Part shown: positions 36,101-46,483 of the stretch, piece by piece
Layout: each line of letters begins with the position of its first letter
How positions within the stretch are numbered: the first letter of the stretch is position 1
DNA from: Nemertoderma westbladi
Lineage: Eukaryota; Animalia; Xenacoelomorpha
Direction of reading: 5' to 3'
Assembly (NCBI GenBank): GCA_032718475.1
Contig: JAUCBJ010007511.1
Location: forward strand, 1 to 47,759
Length of the DNA: 47,759 nucleotides
Program-made: the position numbers and the translations under genes
The notes under the pieces: generated by a model
Told to the model about the DNA's origin: nothing
The model's database searches: none
The model's input: only the letters and a program-made list of their open reading frames with translations

Positions 36101-39100
36101 CTAAGAGTCAAAGAAATGTACTTGCTTTCCGCTTCTAGTAGTAATGATGTTTCGCGGTTGAGATTGTGAGTTATTTTCTTTGTTAGTTTTACTATGTAAT
36201 ATCTTATGAGGTTTTAGTTTCTTGGTTGGAGGGGGTTTCTTATTAACGTTACCGGTATAACAAGGTTTTAAGCGGTCGATTGATATTCGTTGTTCTCCTC
36301 TAAGAGTTTCGATAGAGAAATGTTTATCCGTTCTGCTGAGAACTGTAAATGGTCCTTGGTAAGGCGCTTCTAATGGTTTGCGGACCCGATCGATTCTAAC
36401 GAAAACTTTGTCACAAGTCTTTAATTGTGGTGGTAAGTATGTTTTCAACTTTGGCTTGCTCTCTTGGTAATCAGGAGCTTTACTGTCTACAGCAAATCCT
36501 ATTTCCGTTATATGCTTGTGAAGTGTCTTTACAAAGTCATAATTAAAAGTTGTATCTTTAGTAGTTAGTAAACAAGCTGGCAACAACGGCTGTGTTCCCG
36601 TTACCAATTCAAATGGAGATACATTAGTAACGCTAGATGGCGTTATTCTGTGACTGAAAATAACTATTGGTAAGGACTCTAACCAATCTGATTTCCGTGC
36701 TTTGAGTGCAGCCTTTAAAACTTTATGGAATCGTTCTATTTTTCCGTTACTCTGGGGGTGGTAAGATGTGGTACGCATACGGTGGAAACCAATCAGCTTA
36801 GAGAGTTCAGCTAGTAATTCAGATTCAAATTGACCACCGCGATCTGTTGTGAGGTAAAGGGGCACTCCAAATCGAGAAAACCAGACTTTTATAAATGCAG
36901 TCGCTGTGGCAACAGCTGTGATTGACGTAACTGGCTCTGCTTCTACCCACCCAGTGTGTCGATCTATGAACGTTACTACGTGTCGATATTGGTGCTCACC
37001 CATGTCTAGTGGACCAATGATATCTGAATGGATATGTGTGAAACGTGGTGCCAAAGGAAATGGTGTTAGGGGTGTTTTTGTGTGTTGTATTACTTTACTT
37101 GCTTGACAAGATGTGCACAATTTACACCATTCCACTATGTCGCGTTTAGCATTTGGCCAAATATAACGATCAGTTATTATGCATATGGTCGATTTAATTC
37201 CTGGATGTGACATGTTGTGTAGTTCATTGAATACTGTTCGTCTACATGAATCTGGTAGGATGGGTCTAGGGTATGCAGTAGTTACGTCGCACTTAATAAC
37301 TTTACCATTTGCTAATGGAAATGTTTTAATATTTAGCGAATGATCTTCAGGAAGGATTAAATTGGCTGACTGTTGAGAGGCAATATCTTCCAATCCAAAA
37401 GAATCAATACTAATTGAAGCGATTTGACGTGATAAAGTATCAGCGACTATGTTACTTTCTCCTGCAATGTATTCAATGGAGTCAATGTATTCAGAAAGGA
37501 ATGAAAGCTGGCGGTTTTGTCTAGGAGAAATGTTCGATGGTTTGTTGAATGCAGACGTAAGTGGTTTGTGGTCTGTGAATATAGTAACCTGTCGGCCTTC
37601 TAAGTTACTGCGGAAGTGCACTGTAGCTTGATATGCCGCAAGTAATTCTCGATCAAAGGTTGACCATGAGGTTTCATTTGGTGTTAATCGTCGAGAGTAA
37701 AATGCAATGGGGACTGATTCTTCTTCTGATATTACTTCGTGAAGAGAAGCTGCGATAGCGTCCTTTGAAGCATCAGTGGTTAGAATCAGCTTACAATCCT
37801 CTGATGAAGGATGATGTAATAAAACTGCGTTAGATAATGAGTTTTTCAACTTCTGGAAAGTTTCTTTGTGTTCCGATGTCCATTCACCTTCATTGAAGTT
37901 TCGTTGTGGTTGTTTACGTTTCAGTGGTTGAGTTTTGTTTAAGAGAGATTGAAGGGGTGCTACAATCTGACTGAAATAAGGTCTGTGTCGTCGAGAGAAT
38001 CCAAACATTCCCAGAACCCGTCGCAACTCAGTATAGCTACGTGGTTCTGGCATATCGACAAGGGATTTAACTCGTTTAGGTGGAGGTAAAATACCGTCGG
38101 CCGTCACTAAGAATCCAAGAAATAAGATTGATGGTTGTACCCATTGGCACTTGGCAAAGTTTATTTGCAGGTTGTGCTGAGTTAAACGTTCAAATACCTT
38201 TCTTAGGTGAATGTAATGAGTTGATATATCCTTAGAGTGTATCATAATATCATCGAGAAAAGGAAATACAAATTCCAAATCTCCGAGTACTTCATGTATA
38301 TCCCTTTGAAAAGTTTGTGCAGCGTTTTTAAGACCATCGGGCATCCGTAAAAATTCAAAGAGACCAAAAGGGGTTGTAATAGCTGTCTTTGGAATATCTT
38401 CCTCTGCCACAGGAATTTGATGGTATGCTTTAACGAGATCAATGGAGCTGAAAACTGTCGAACCTTTCAGTTTGCTATTAAAATGCTGTATGTGCGGCAG
38501 CGGATATTTATCACTTTGTGTAATGCGGTTCAAAGCTCTATAGTCTCCACATGGACGCCAATTATCAGTACTTCCCACCTTTGGTACCATATGTAATGGT
38601 GACGCCCAGGGACTACTTGAAGGGCGTATTATACCACGAGAACGCATATCCGCGAAAACTTGTTGAGCAATTAGTAGTTTGGTCCCACTAAGTTGACGTG
38701 GCTTTGCGTATGTGGGTTGGCATTGGTTGGTGATAATTCGATGCACAGTATTGTGTGGAGGTGTGTCGGTATGAATAATATCATAATCAAACAACTTAGA
38801 ATGTTCTTTGAAAAGACTGGATAATGTTGAATCAGGGTGGTCGATTTCCACTTTGAATATAGATAGACTTTTCGATGTAGTTGGATTGAGATTGCATTTC
38901 AGTTTTGTATAATTATCCACGATTAGTTTATTTTTGCAGTCCAATAGCATGTCATAATTTGATAAGAAATCCAATCCCCAAATGTTTTCTTCAACGTCGG
39001 CAACATAAAATATCCAAGGAAATTCTCGTCGGAGGAAATTAATTCGGACGTGAACTTTTCCGTGGACATTTATGTTATTGCCTGAAATTGCTGTGAGTTT

Positions 39101-39292
39101 TGCATCCGTATTGTCCCATAGTAAGCTTCTAATAAACGAGGAAGGTTTTAGTATGGATACTTGTGAGCCGGTGTCTATAAGAAAAGATAAGGATTGGTGG
39201 CTGTTGTTTATAGGGTTTATTGCTGCGGTTAATTTGAAAACGGCAGCTCCCTCAGAACTAGCAGCAAATGTTCTGAGGGCAGTTAGTTTTCC
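36101..39292 (-). CDS. Gypsy Pol (protease, RT, RNase H, integrase), entered by -1 frameshift
   Basis: Frame of the listed 36101-38974 ORF stays open upstream through [10 protein letters not shown] to the gag end; [46 protein letters not shown]. Confidence 0.92.
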   Translation of the reverse strand, partial: GKLTALRTFAASSEGAAVFKLTAAINPINNSHQSLSFLIDTGSQVSILKPSSFIRSLLWDNTDAKLTAISGNNINVHGKVHVRINFLRREFPWIFYVADVEENIWGLDFLSNYDMLLDCKNKLIVDNYTKLKCNLNPTTSKSLSIFKVEIDHPDSTLSSLFKEHSKLFDYDIIHTDTPPHNTVHRIITNQCQPTYAKPRQLSGTKLLIAQQVFADMRSRGIIRPSSSPWASPLHMVPKVGSTDNWRPCGDYRALNRITQSDKYPLPHIQHFNSKLKGSTVFSSIDLVKAYHQIPVAEEDIPKTAITTPFGLFEFLRMPDGLKNAAQTFQRDIHEVLGDLEFVFPFLDDIMIHSKDISTHYIHLRKVFERLTQHNLQINFAKCQWVQPSILFLGFLVTADGILPPPKRVKSLVDMPEPRSYTELRRVLGMFGFSRRHRPYFSQIVAPLQSLLNKTQPLKRKQPQRNFNEGEWTSEHKETFQKLKNSLSNAVLLHHPSSEDCKLILTTDASKDAIAASLHEVISEEESVPIAFYSRRLTPNETSWSTFDRELLAAYQATVHFRSNLEGRQVTIFTDHKPLTSAFNKPSNISPRQNRQLSFLSEYIDSIEYIAGESNIVADTLSRQIASISIDSFGLEDIASQQSANLILPEDHSLNIKTFPLANGKVIKCDVTTAYPRPILPDSCRRTVFNELHNMSHPGIKSTICIITDRYIWPNAKRDIVEWCKLCTSCQASKVIQHTKTPLTPFPLAPRFTHIHSDIIGPLDMGEHQYRHVVTFIDRHTGWVEAEPVTSITAVATATAFIKVWFSRFGVPLYLTTDRGGQFESELLAELSKLIGFHRMRTTSYHPQSNGKIERFHKVLKAALKARKSDWLESLPIVIFSHRITPSSVTNVSPFELVTGTQPLLPACLLTTKDTTFNYDFVKTLHKHITEIGFAVDSKAPDYQESKPKLKTYLPPQLKTCDKVFVRIDRVRKPLEAPYQGPFTVLSRTDKHFSIETLRGEQRISIDRLKPCYTGNVNKKPPPTKKLKPHKILHSKTNKENNSQSQPRNIITTRSGKQVHFFDS
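39220..39292 (-). promoter_or_regulatory. Programmed -1 ribosomal frameshift signal (slippery site plus stem/pseudoknot)
   Basis: G GAA AAC at the gag end, 6-nt spacer, 10-bp stem CCCTCAGAAC/GTTCTGAGGG, loop TTGCTGC complementary to downstream GCAGCAA. Confidence 0.8.
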
Positions 39293-40140
39293 TGCCCCTG
39301 GGTATCAGGGGAAGGAGATGATGAGCGCGATGCAGGGCGTGAGTTTGGTCGGGAAGATGGTTGCATTCGACGCGGTTTTTCTCCCGGCCAAATACACCAT
39401 GGCGTGCATGTATTCGCTTTTGTTCCATAATATACATGGTATCGGCAGATTTTTGGCCGTTGTCCTTCGCTGAACGGGAATATAGCTCCGACTTTTGAGG
39501 TAGAAGTGACAGGGTAGGGTGCTCTTGCTCTGTAAGTGTTGCTAACACCTCTGTAAACATCACCACTGGTATTAACATAGTTTGGGTGTTGAACTCTGGC
39601 GACATCATATGAAGTACTTGGTTGAGGGATTCCACTTGTAAATTGGAGGATGGTGTCCGCCAGTGTTGCGAAATCTTCGGGTGGTACACCCTGATGAGCA
39701 ATCAAAGCAGAACGCACCGATACTGGAAGTGCTTGTAAGAGTTTGTGCCGAACTAGGTCGTCATCCGCCGTTAAGTTACATTCTCGTAATTTTCTTTTTA
39801 TACGCAGATACACTAAGGAGGGCTTTTGGCCGTCTAAAGTTACCTGTCCAAGGGCTTCCTCCAATAATTCAGTTTTCGATTTCTGATAGAGTTGGAGAAT
39901 GGTAGATTTAATATCGTCATATGATTGAATGTCCGTGGAAATGTTTAAAGCGACGTCTTCTGGCAAATTCGCCATAACGTGGTGAAATTTGGTTACCTCG
40001 CTTGTAATGTTGGCTAATGTAAAGTGGGATTCCAACATTCTGAACCAAACGCTGGGGTTAGAACGGAAGAACACCGGGGGTTTAACGGAAACGCGAGCGA
40101 CGTTTACAGCGTTACCAACATTTTCGCCGTCACCATCCAT
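39283..40140 (-). CDS. Gypsy Gag, 285 aa
   Basis: [16 protein letters not shown]-terminus and C-X2-H-X9-C-X3-C motif [18 protein letters not shown]. Confidence 0.92.
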   Translation of the reverse strand: MDGDGENVGNAVNVARVSVKPPVFFRSNPSVWFRMLESHFTLANITSEVTKFHHVMANLPEDVALNISTDIQSYDDIKSTILQLYQKSKTELLEEALGQVTLDGQKPSLVYLRIKRKLRECNLTADDDLVRHKLLQALPVSVRSALIAHQGVPPEDFATLADTILQFTSGIPQPSTSYDVARVQHPNYVNTSGDVYRGVSNTYRARAPYPVTSTSKVGAIFPFSEGQRPKICRYHVYYGTKANTCTPWCIWPGEKPRRMQPSSRPNSRPASRSSSPSPDTQGQEN

Positions 40141-40230
40141 GATGTATTCGATAAGAGTTAATCATAGTAACTGAGTTTCGAGAGAGTTTTTCCCATCTGG
40201 AGTTGAAGGTAGTAGTAATAAGGTCCAAGA

Positions 40231-40242
40231 TCCGGGTCACCA
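40231..40242 (-). promoter_or_regulatory. Primer binding site, probably tRNA-Trp
   Basis: TGGTGACCCGGA one base from the 5' LTR; near match to the tRNA-Trp complement TGGTGACCCCGA. Confidence 0.7.
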
Positions 40243-40243
40243 A

Positions 40244-40695
40244 TGTAAAGGTTTGGACGTTGTCTTTGTTATGATGAAAATAATATAGTTTTGGTTCTGG
40301 TTTTTAATGTCTAACTTTCAACTAATTATTACGGTCTCCAAATATAACTTTACCGGTAATTAAATCTATTCTATTTCTCTTTCTCTCTCTCTCTTAATGA
40401 AAGTTACATGCAATATTTAAGCAAGCTAGTGTTAGTGGTTTCTTGCAGCAGACATGTGAGATGTCACTCTGATAAATATCTTTTTAATTGACATCTACTG
40501 TATAAGGGCTATTATTGAGACTACATCTGTTTTGCACATGAAATCAACATGCTGTATCTTAAGTAAATAAATAAGGTGTTTTGCTTTGTAGAAATATAGG
40601 TAAAATGTCTCGACTAAGAATTTTATGAAAATACTAAATTTGATTTTGTGATTAAATTATTTCTAAGCTTCCTTGACAATTCGGCATGCACTACA
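40244..40695 (-). repeat. 5' LTR (452 bp)
   Basis: Direct repeat of 35609-36060. Confidence 0.96.
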
Positions 40696-41614
40696 ACAGC
40701 ACAGGACAGTCATCCATGCCTGTAATTCAAACTTTTGACCTACAGTAGTGGCCTGTAATAATTGGACTTCTGTATTACAGGCAGGATAATTTAAGATCGC
40801 CTAATGTGTGTATTTGGATGGATCGAAAATCACTGTCCATAGAAACCAAGATAAGAAATTATCAGATCACTTTGTAGTGACGTCAAATCTGTAGCAGCTA
40901 ATCACAGCCGATTTTCACAATTGTCTTCCCGGGCCGGGCTTACTTAAACCTTCCCACCATTTCTATCGTTTTCCAAGTATTTTTATAAAAAACACGCAAC
41001 TCGATTCAGGGAACCTTGTTACCCACCCAATTGTTTCTAGCCCAACAATTTGCGATCCGGCACTATAATATTACCACGATGAATATCACGATTTAGCTAG
41101 TTGGACAGGAAATATTTTGTGATGGCTGTGATGATATATTACACTTGATACAGTTGTTACAGTATATTAATTTGTGATGATACAGTATATTTCACGAAGT
41201 TATATTACACATGTCCGAGCTTTTTGTTTGTCGCTGTAGAAAGTAAATTCAGTTTTCAATTTTAAGCAAAAAAACATTTTTCATATTTTATTCTCAAAAA
41301 TATGTGTGATAATGCGTCTTGAAAAGAGCTGACCCATTTTTGCCATTGCTATTTTTCTGAAAAACCTTTTACCGCTTAAAAATTCATCCAAATTATTTTG
41401 ACTCTTAGTACATAAAATCTCAAAAATCATAAAATGTCATTTTGGCCACTTTTCTGAGTGTGACCCTTCCATTTAAATAGTCTTGGTAAAGCCTTTGTAC
41501 AGTAGCACCAATTACTGTAGTAAGCAACATTGTAAGGTGAGTGTGTAAGGTAAGTGAGCACTGTGCAGTGCTTGTTTCATTTGGTTCGAACGCTTCTATG
41601 TCTGCTCGTATCAT

Positions 41615-42817
41615 TTATGCGTATCTAATAGTGTTAACGGCGGCAGGTGGCGGGATCAGTCGCTTCTCGAGCAGAGAAAAGTCGATGCAGGAGAAGAATA
41701 TGTGGCGTTTAACCTCCTCGACATCGGTCTTTCCGCCGCCTAATCGCAGACGGGGATCGCGGTTTAAGAACTGATTTAGGACGGAGCGAGCATTGTCTGA
41801 GAGACATGAGGGGAAGTGAAGATCGCTGGTCTGGATCTGTTCGCACAACAGCTCGTGGTCCCGGTGGTAGGAGGGAAGATGACCGCACATCATCTCATAA
41901 AGGATAACTCCGATACCCCACCAGTCAACTGAACGGCCGTAGTCATTGTTTTCCAGCACCTCTGGTGCGAGATACTCCGGAATCCCACAGAATGTCGCAT
42001 CGTATGTGATCTCCTCCTTGCAGAGGCCGAAGTTGGTGATCTTTATGTGGCCGTCCGAGTCCAGGAGGAGGTTCTCCAGTTTAAGATCCCCATAGACAAC
42101 CCCTTTACTGTGGAGGTAGCCCATAGTGGAACAAATCTCAGCCCCATAGAATCGAGAACATTCCTCGGAGAACAAACAACCCCGAGAGAGATGGAAGAAC
42201 AGTTCCCCCCCATTGCAGTACTCCATGACGAAGCAAAGAAATTCTTTAGTCTGGAAGGAATATTTAACTGCGGTGAGGAACGGATGTCTGGAGGAGCGCA
42301 GAATGCAGTTCTCTATGAGGGTGTGTTCCACCTCGTCTTCCTGTAGAATTACTTTCTTCTTAAGGATTTTAACTTTGAATAAACTCCCTGTATCCTTTTC
42401 CCTGACCAGCTGGAATGACCCGAAAGTTCCTTTACCCAACATTTTTAACATCTCGAAATCTTCCAACGTCATTTTCTTTGATGGTCTTTGATGAAGAGAC
42501 TCAGCAACACTCGCTATAGCGTCAACCCACTCCTCACGCTCGGCGTAGGATTTCACATGCAACATTCGCTCAATTAATGATGTCATATGTAGACATCGCA
42601 CCATGAAGATGTTTGGTTTTTCGGCTTTCATAACCTGACATTTAGAGAAGGAGTATGTGTGGAGAGGATCAAATTCCGATTCATCAAGGGGATATTTGTA
42701 GCCAATAAATGAACCATCGTTTTTCAAATAAAAATAGCGCGGTCGCCAGTTTTTTATATATTTTCCACGTTTCATTAGCCATCCTTCCTTTATTATAACC
42801 TCGGGATCATCAGCCAT
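41615..42817 (-). CDS. AKT: AKT paralogue, 400 aa; predicted pseudokinase or young pseudogene with open frame
   Basis: Collinear with 18132-19583; KRGEY->KRGKY, YRD->YGD, DFG->NFG, GTPEY->GIPEY; four in-frame deletions; homology stops after IPPP so turn and hydrophobic motifs are absent. Confidence 0.8.
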   Translation of the reverse strand: MADDPEVIIKEGWLMKRGKYIKNWRPRYFYLKNDGSFIGYKYPLDESEFDPLHTYSFSKCQVMKAEKPNIFMVRCLHMTSLIERMLHVKSYAEREEWVDAIASVAESLHQRPSKKMTLEDFEMLKMLGKGTFGSFQLVREKDTGSLFKVKILKKKVILQEDEVEHTLIENCILRSSRHPFLTAVKYSFQTKEFLCFVMEYCNGGELFFHLSRGCLFSEECSRFYGAEICSTMGYLHSKGVVYGDLKLENLLLDSDGHIKITNFGLCKEEITYDATFCGIPEYLAPEVLENNDYGRSVDWWGIGVILYEMMCGHLPSYHRDHELLCEQIQTSDLHFPSCLSDNARSVLNQFLNRDPRLRLGGGKTDVEEVKRHIFFSCIDFSLLEKRLIPPPAAVNTIRYA

Positions 42818-42884
42818 TGTACAAATTCAATAAGATACAGTTTATAATTTACCAGTATTAACCAAGAGACTTTAGCGCTGGGAC

Positions 42885-43280
42885 CTACTACTACTACTAC
42901 TATAATTGGCCTGCTGCATTGAAACTGCACATTTATGTAAGATGCTATGCTGTCATAACAAAAATATTATATTATTATCATTAATATTATTATTATATTA
43001 ATTCATCACCGTGCAATCCACAATTAGCAAGCCCAATGCAGCGTGCATTAAGAATTCTATACCGGCTTATCAACAAAGTTGCACCGCCACATTCCTATGC
43101 CCCATGACTTTTGCAATATTATCCGCATCTTCAAGGCCAGGCCTTACAAAAGTCATGGGCTGTCCACCATGCTTAATTTCTCCATGGGGCTGCAAAAGCA
43201 GAAGACTGTGCACAGGCTGGTTGTTATGGAAGCGATCCCTGAGAGCACTCCACCATCCAGAAAACCAATACCGGTATGTC
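42885..43280 (-). mobile_element. 3' fragment of an RTE-like LINE related to the one at 22825-25125
   Basis: QPVHSLLLLQPHG..KHGGQPMTF...GLEDAD and (AGT)n tail. Confidence 0.75.
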
Positions 43281-43482
43281 ACCTTAAAGAGTTATTAGCA
43301 AAAAATGGGAAACAATTAACACCCCAGTTTGTCAGCTACAAACGGTCAAGCTTACAAACAGGGGGAGCCTTGCCATTGGAACTAAATTAGAGTCACATGA
43401 CTGCGCAATCTACCACATATTACTGTAGAGCCATTGTGTTTACTATATATTATTGGTTAAATGCATTGTAATTACTTACCTA

Positions 43483-43718
43483 ATGGTGTAATGTAATAAA
43501 ATAAATGGGTTTGTTCAGAAGTGGATAAAATGAGAAAGCGCGTCACCTGGGGTTGAACCAGCGCTAGATGTACGTTTTGGCCTAACAACTAGCCCCTGAC
43601 ACTCACACTCCCACCTAATCCAGCCAATCCGAAACGTACGTAATAGCGCTGGTTCAACCCCCGGTGACGCACTCTCTCATTTTTTCCACTTCTAAAAAAC
43701 CCATTTACATTACATCAT
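43483..43718. repeat. Hairpin/MITE-like inverted repeat with about 80-bp arms
   Basis: GCGTCACCTGGGGTTGAACCAGCGCTA versus TAGCGCTGGTTCAACCCCCGGTGACGC, extending outward. Confidence 0.8.
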
Positions 43719-44159
43719 ATGGGCAACCCAATATGCTACTGCCAATAGAGAAAGAAAGAAACTATTAATTAAAGAGAATCAAACCAATTAACCATGGCTC
43801 TAGCCAAAACATTGATAAAGATTCTCTCTCTGACAGTGTATACCAATGTAACCATGATTTTATAGTTCAGTGTTTGCGATCTCCCATACTGGGGCACCGC
43901 AATAGTTTTTACGTTGTTCATTATTATTATCACACCAGTCTCAGACCTTGTGCTATTATACACATATCTACTTGTATACTGTTTACTGTTTATTACCTAT
44001 GTTATATTATTATACATGGAAGGAAAGACAAAGAAGCCTAGTTTCCCCCAAGTCCAGGTCAGGTACATTATCTGTCCCCTAGAGCACCATTAAACACAGA
44101 CCCCCTATTCCAGTGGAACTGTAATAGGCCCCACGAGAGTGTAGGCCTACTACTTGGCC

Positions 44160-44660
44160 TACTGTGACAAAATGTTTACTTTAAAATCAAAATTAATAAA
44201 CTGAAAGGTGTACTTTACTTGGCACTGGCAGTTAGTGAAGGCCTAATTGAACAATACATAAAATAGATTAGATGATTAGTCTGATAGAGGAAATTACAGT
44301 ATTATACATAAATTTGACCTACATGTATATAACAATAAATTTAAGCATTGCCTTTGAATAAAACAGAATGCTATAAACTGTAAACCTTACAGTATGCCAA
44401 AACTTTATATTTATTTAGGATTATTGTTGTAAATACTAGACTACTGTATTAGTATCAGATACAGGGAAGGGAGTCAGAGATAGATATGTCAAGTCCTAAT
44501 AATGATGCACAACTGACTGTTTGAGTGTTAGGGATGAGGGATGGGCTATCAGTTTGGATTAGATTGCTCATTTTGTACAAATTTTAATAAATCAAATCCA
44601 AACTGTAAACAGATTCACAAAACCAACTCTTTATAATTGATTAATTATAATTCATAAAGG
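44160..44660. repeat. Upstream block duplicated from 20435-21030
   Basis: Same shared strings as 20435-21030; a further short match 46068-46121 to 21074-21130. Confidence 0.9.
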
Positions 44661-46483
44661 TACATATAATGTCAGTGTATCCACCAAAGAAGGTTAGTGT
44701 TGCTTACAGGTGGATACAAAGCGATGGTGGTAATACACAGTTTCTGGTAAGAGTTTCTGGCATTGCTGGTGCAAGCGGAGGCTTCCTATCTAGCTGGGAT
44801 CTTTGAGTGTAAAACAACTGTAGTCGTCTTTCTATCTTTACTTTCATAATATTCAAATATTATAAATAAAGCAGACAGACAGATAACCAGTTAAAAGCCC
44901 CAAAGTCCGGGTTTGAGTGAACCGTTTATCACAAACAAGACTGTAGCTAAGGTTGCCGTTACTACACCATTGTTTTGGTTAGAAAAAGCCGTCTGTGGCC
45001 TGCTCCTTTCCCTAAATTGGTAACTAAAATGGTTACTAACACAAATCTTATTGGGCCAACGTTGCACGCGGGCGAAGATTTCCCGTGGGCGAAGGTTGGA
45101 CGCGGGCGACGATACCCTATAGTACAGTAATACTATACTAATACAATATACAATACCTGGGGATAACACAGGGCCTCCCCAATACATCCTACTGTACGTA
45201 CACTGGTCAAGCAATTTAAACACAACACATTTACTGTATGGTATGGTAGATTAGACAACCACGTGATTTCCTTTTGTTTGGCCACTGGGCCTTAATTAAC
45301 CTGACCTTTGTGGGTAACAAACTTAGTGATAATTAAAGCTATCGACTGGACTATTAAGGTGATATATTGGTTTTTGGGTTACCGAAGTGCATATAGGAAT
45401 AATCCCGTAACATGTAATTCGTAATAACTATTTACATACTGTACTTCTATGTAAAGTAGCACTTTACAGTGTGATGTTTACAGTGTGCTTTGTTACATGA
45501 CCGAACGTAGTCTGTGAGTGAAAATAAAGCCACGAGGATCAGAACAATGTAAAGTACTTTGCAACAAGTATGTATGCAGTTTTATTCCAAAATTGTAACA
45601 TTACGAAATGATTGTATATATATTATAAGTGATAGAAACTGCACAAATTATATTACAGTAGTTGCTGTATAAATAAATGTAAAAATGAGATTATGTTACA
45701 AAATTATGTTATAAAAACGTTAGCTTATATTTATGGTTGCGTTTGGAGCCATGTTAATAGTTTATAGCTACTGGTTATCAATAGCTTCCAGTAAGTAATG
45801 CAATATGCGTATCTGGCTATCAGGCAATTAATAATAACTATTGTTTATGTGGTAACATATGACGGCGTGATTGTTAAGTAACGCCGTCATTGGTTACTAC
45901 ATAAACATGGGACATTACAACATCAATACAATACTAATGTACAGGCCAATACAATGTTCATGTCCTCTAAAGTTGTAAAGTGCTAAATAACAACTCGCCG
46001 TTAATACTAACGGCATTGAGTAATGTCACAATTTCAGAATAAACACCTTTAAACAATTATCTTTAAATGTATGTAGATTTGTCCAGACACCTAATATCAA
46101 AATAAAAACATAAATACTGTACTTATTTCGTTTATACCCATCCAGCTCTATACTGTAACCCTGCCTTTACATATATATGTACATGTACACCATGTCCTGG
46201 AATATAGTGTCGTAATTCAGTGACACGCCCCCCCCCCCCCCCTTCTAATTTTTCTACAAATCTTATGAGATTGCATGAAATTTGAAACAGAGATAGTTTC
46301 ACCTCCCGACCACTGGCTGGGTGAGCCAGAATTTTTACTTTTGCTTTCAATCTTTAGTTACAAGCGTTTAAAAAAAGTGTCTCCAGCGATATTACACCAG
46401 TTACACCGAAGTTATTCTTCTACCTTATAGCTGTTTGTTGGTACTGATATAAAGCTGGTCGGTCATGTAAGGATTCCAAATGT

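Larger units (their letters stand above)
35609..40695 (-). mobile_element. Full-length Ty3/Gypsy LTR retrotransposon, CsRn1-clade-like
   Basis: 452-bp TG..CA LTRs, 4-bp TSD ACAG, tRNA-Trp-type PBS, PPT, gag with CHCC motif, PR-RT-RH-INT pol. Confidence 0.96.

Noticed and set aside
41420-41614. Downstream exon or read-through restoring the AKT tail
   Set aside because: No turn-motif or FxxFSY-like sequence seen in the adjacent ORF
41615-42817. Second AKT as a processed retrocopy or an assembly haplotype duplicate
   Set aside because: Upstream non-coding blocks are co-duplicated, there is no poly(A)/TSD, and the divergence and loss-of-function pattern seem too great for an allele
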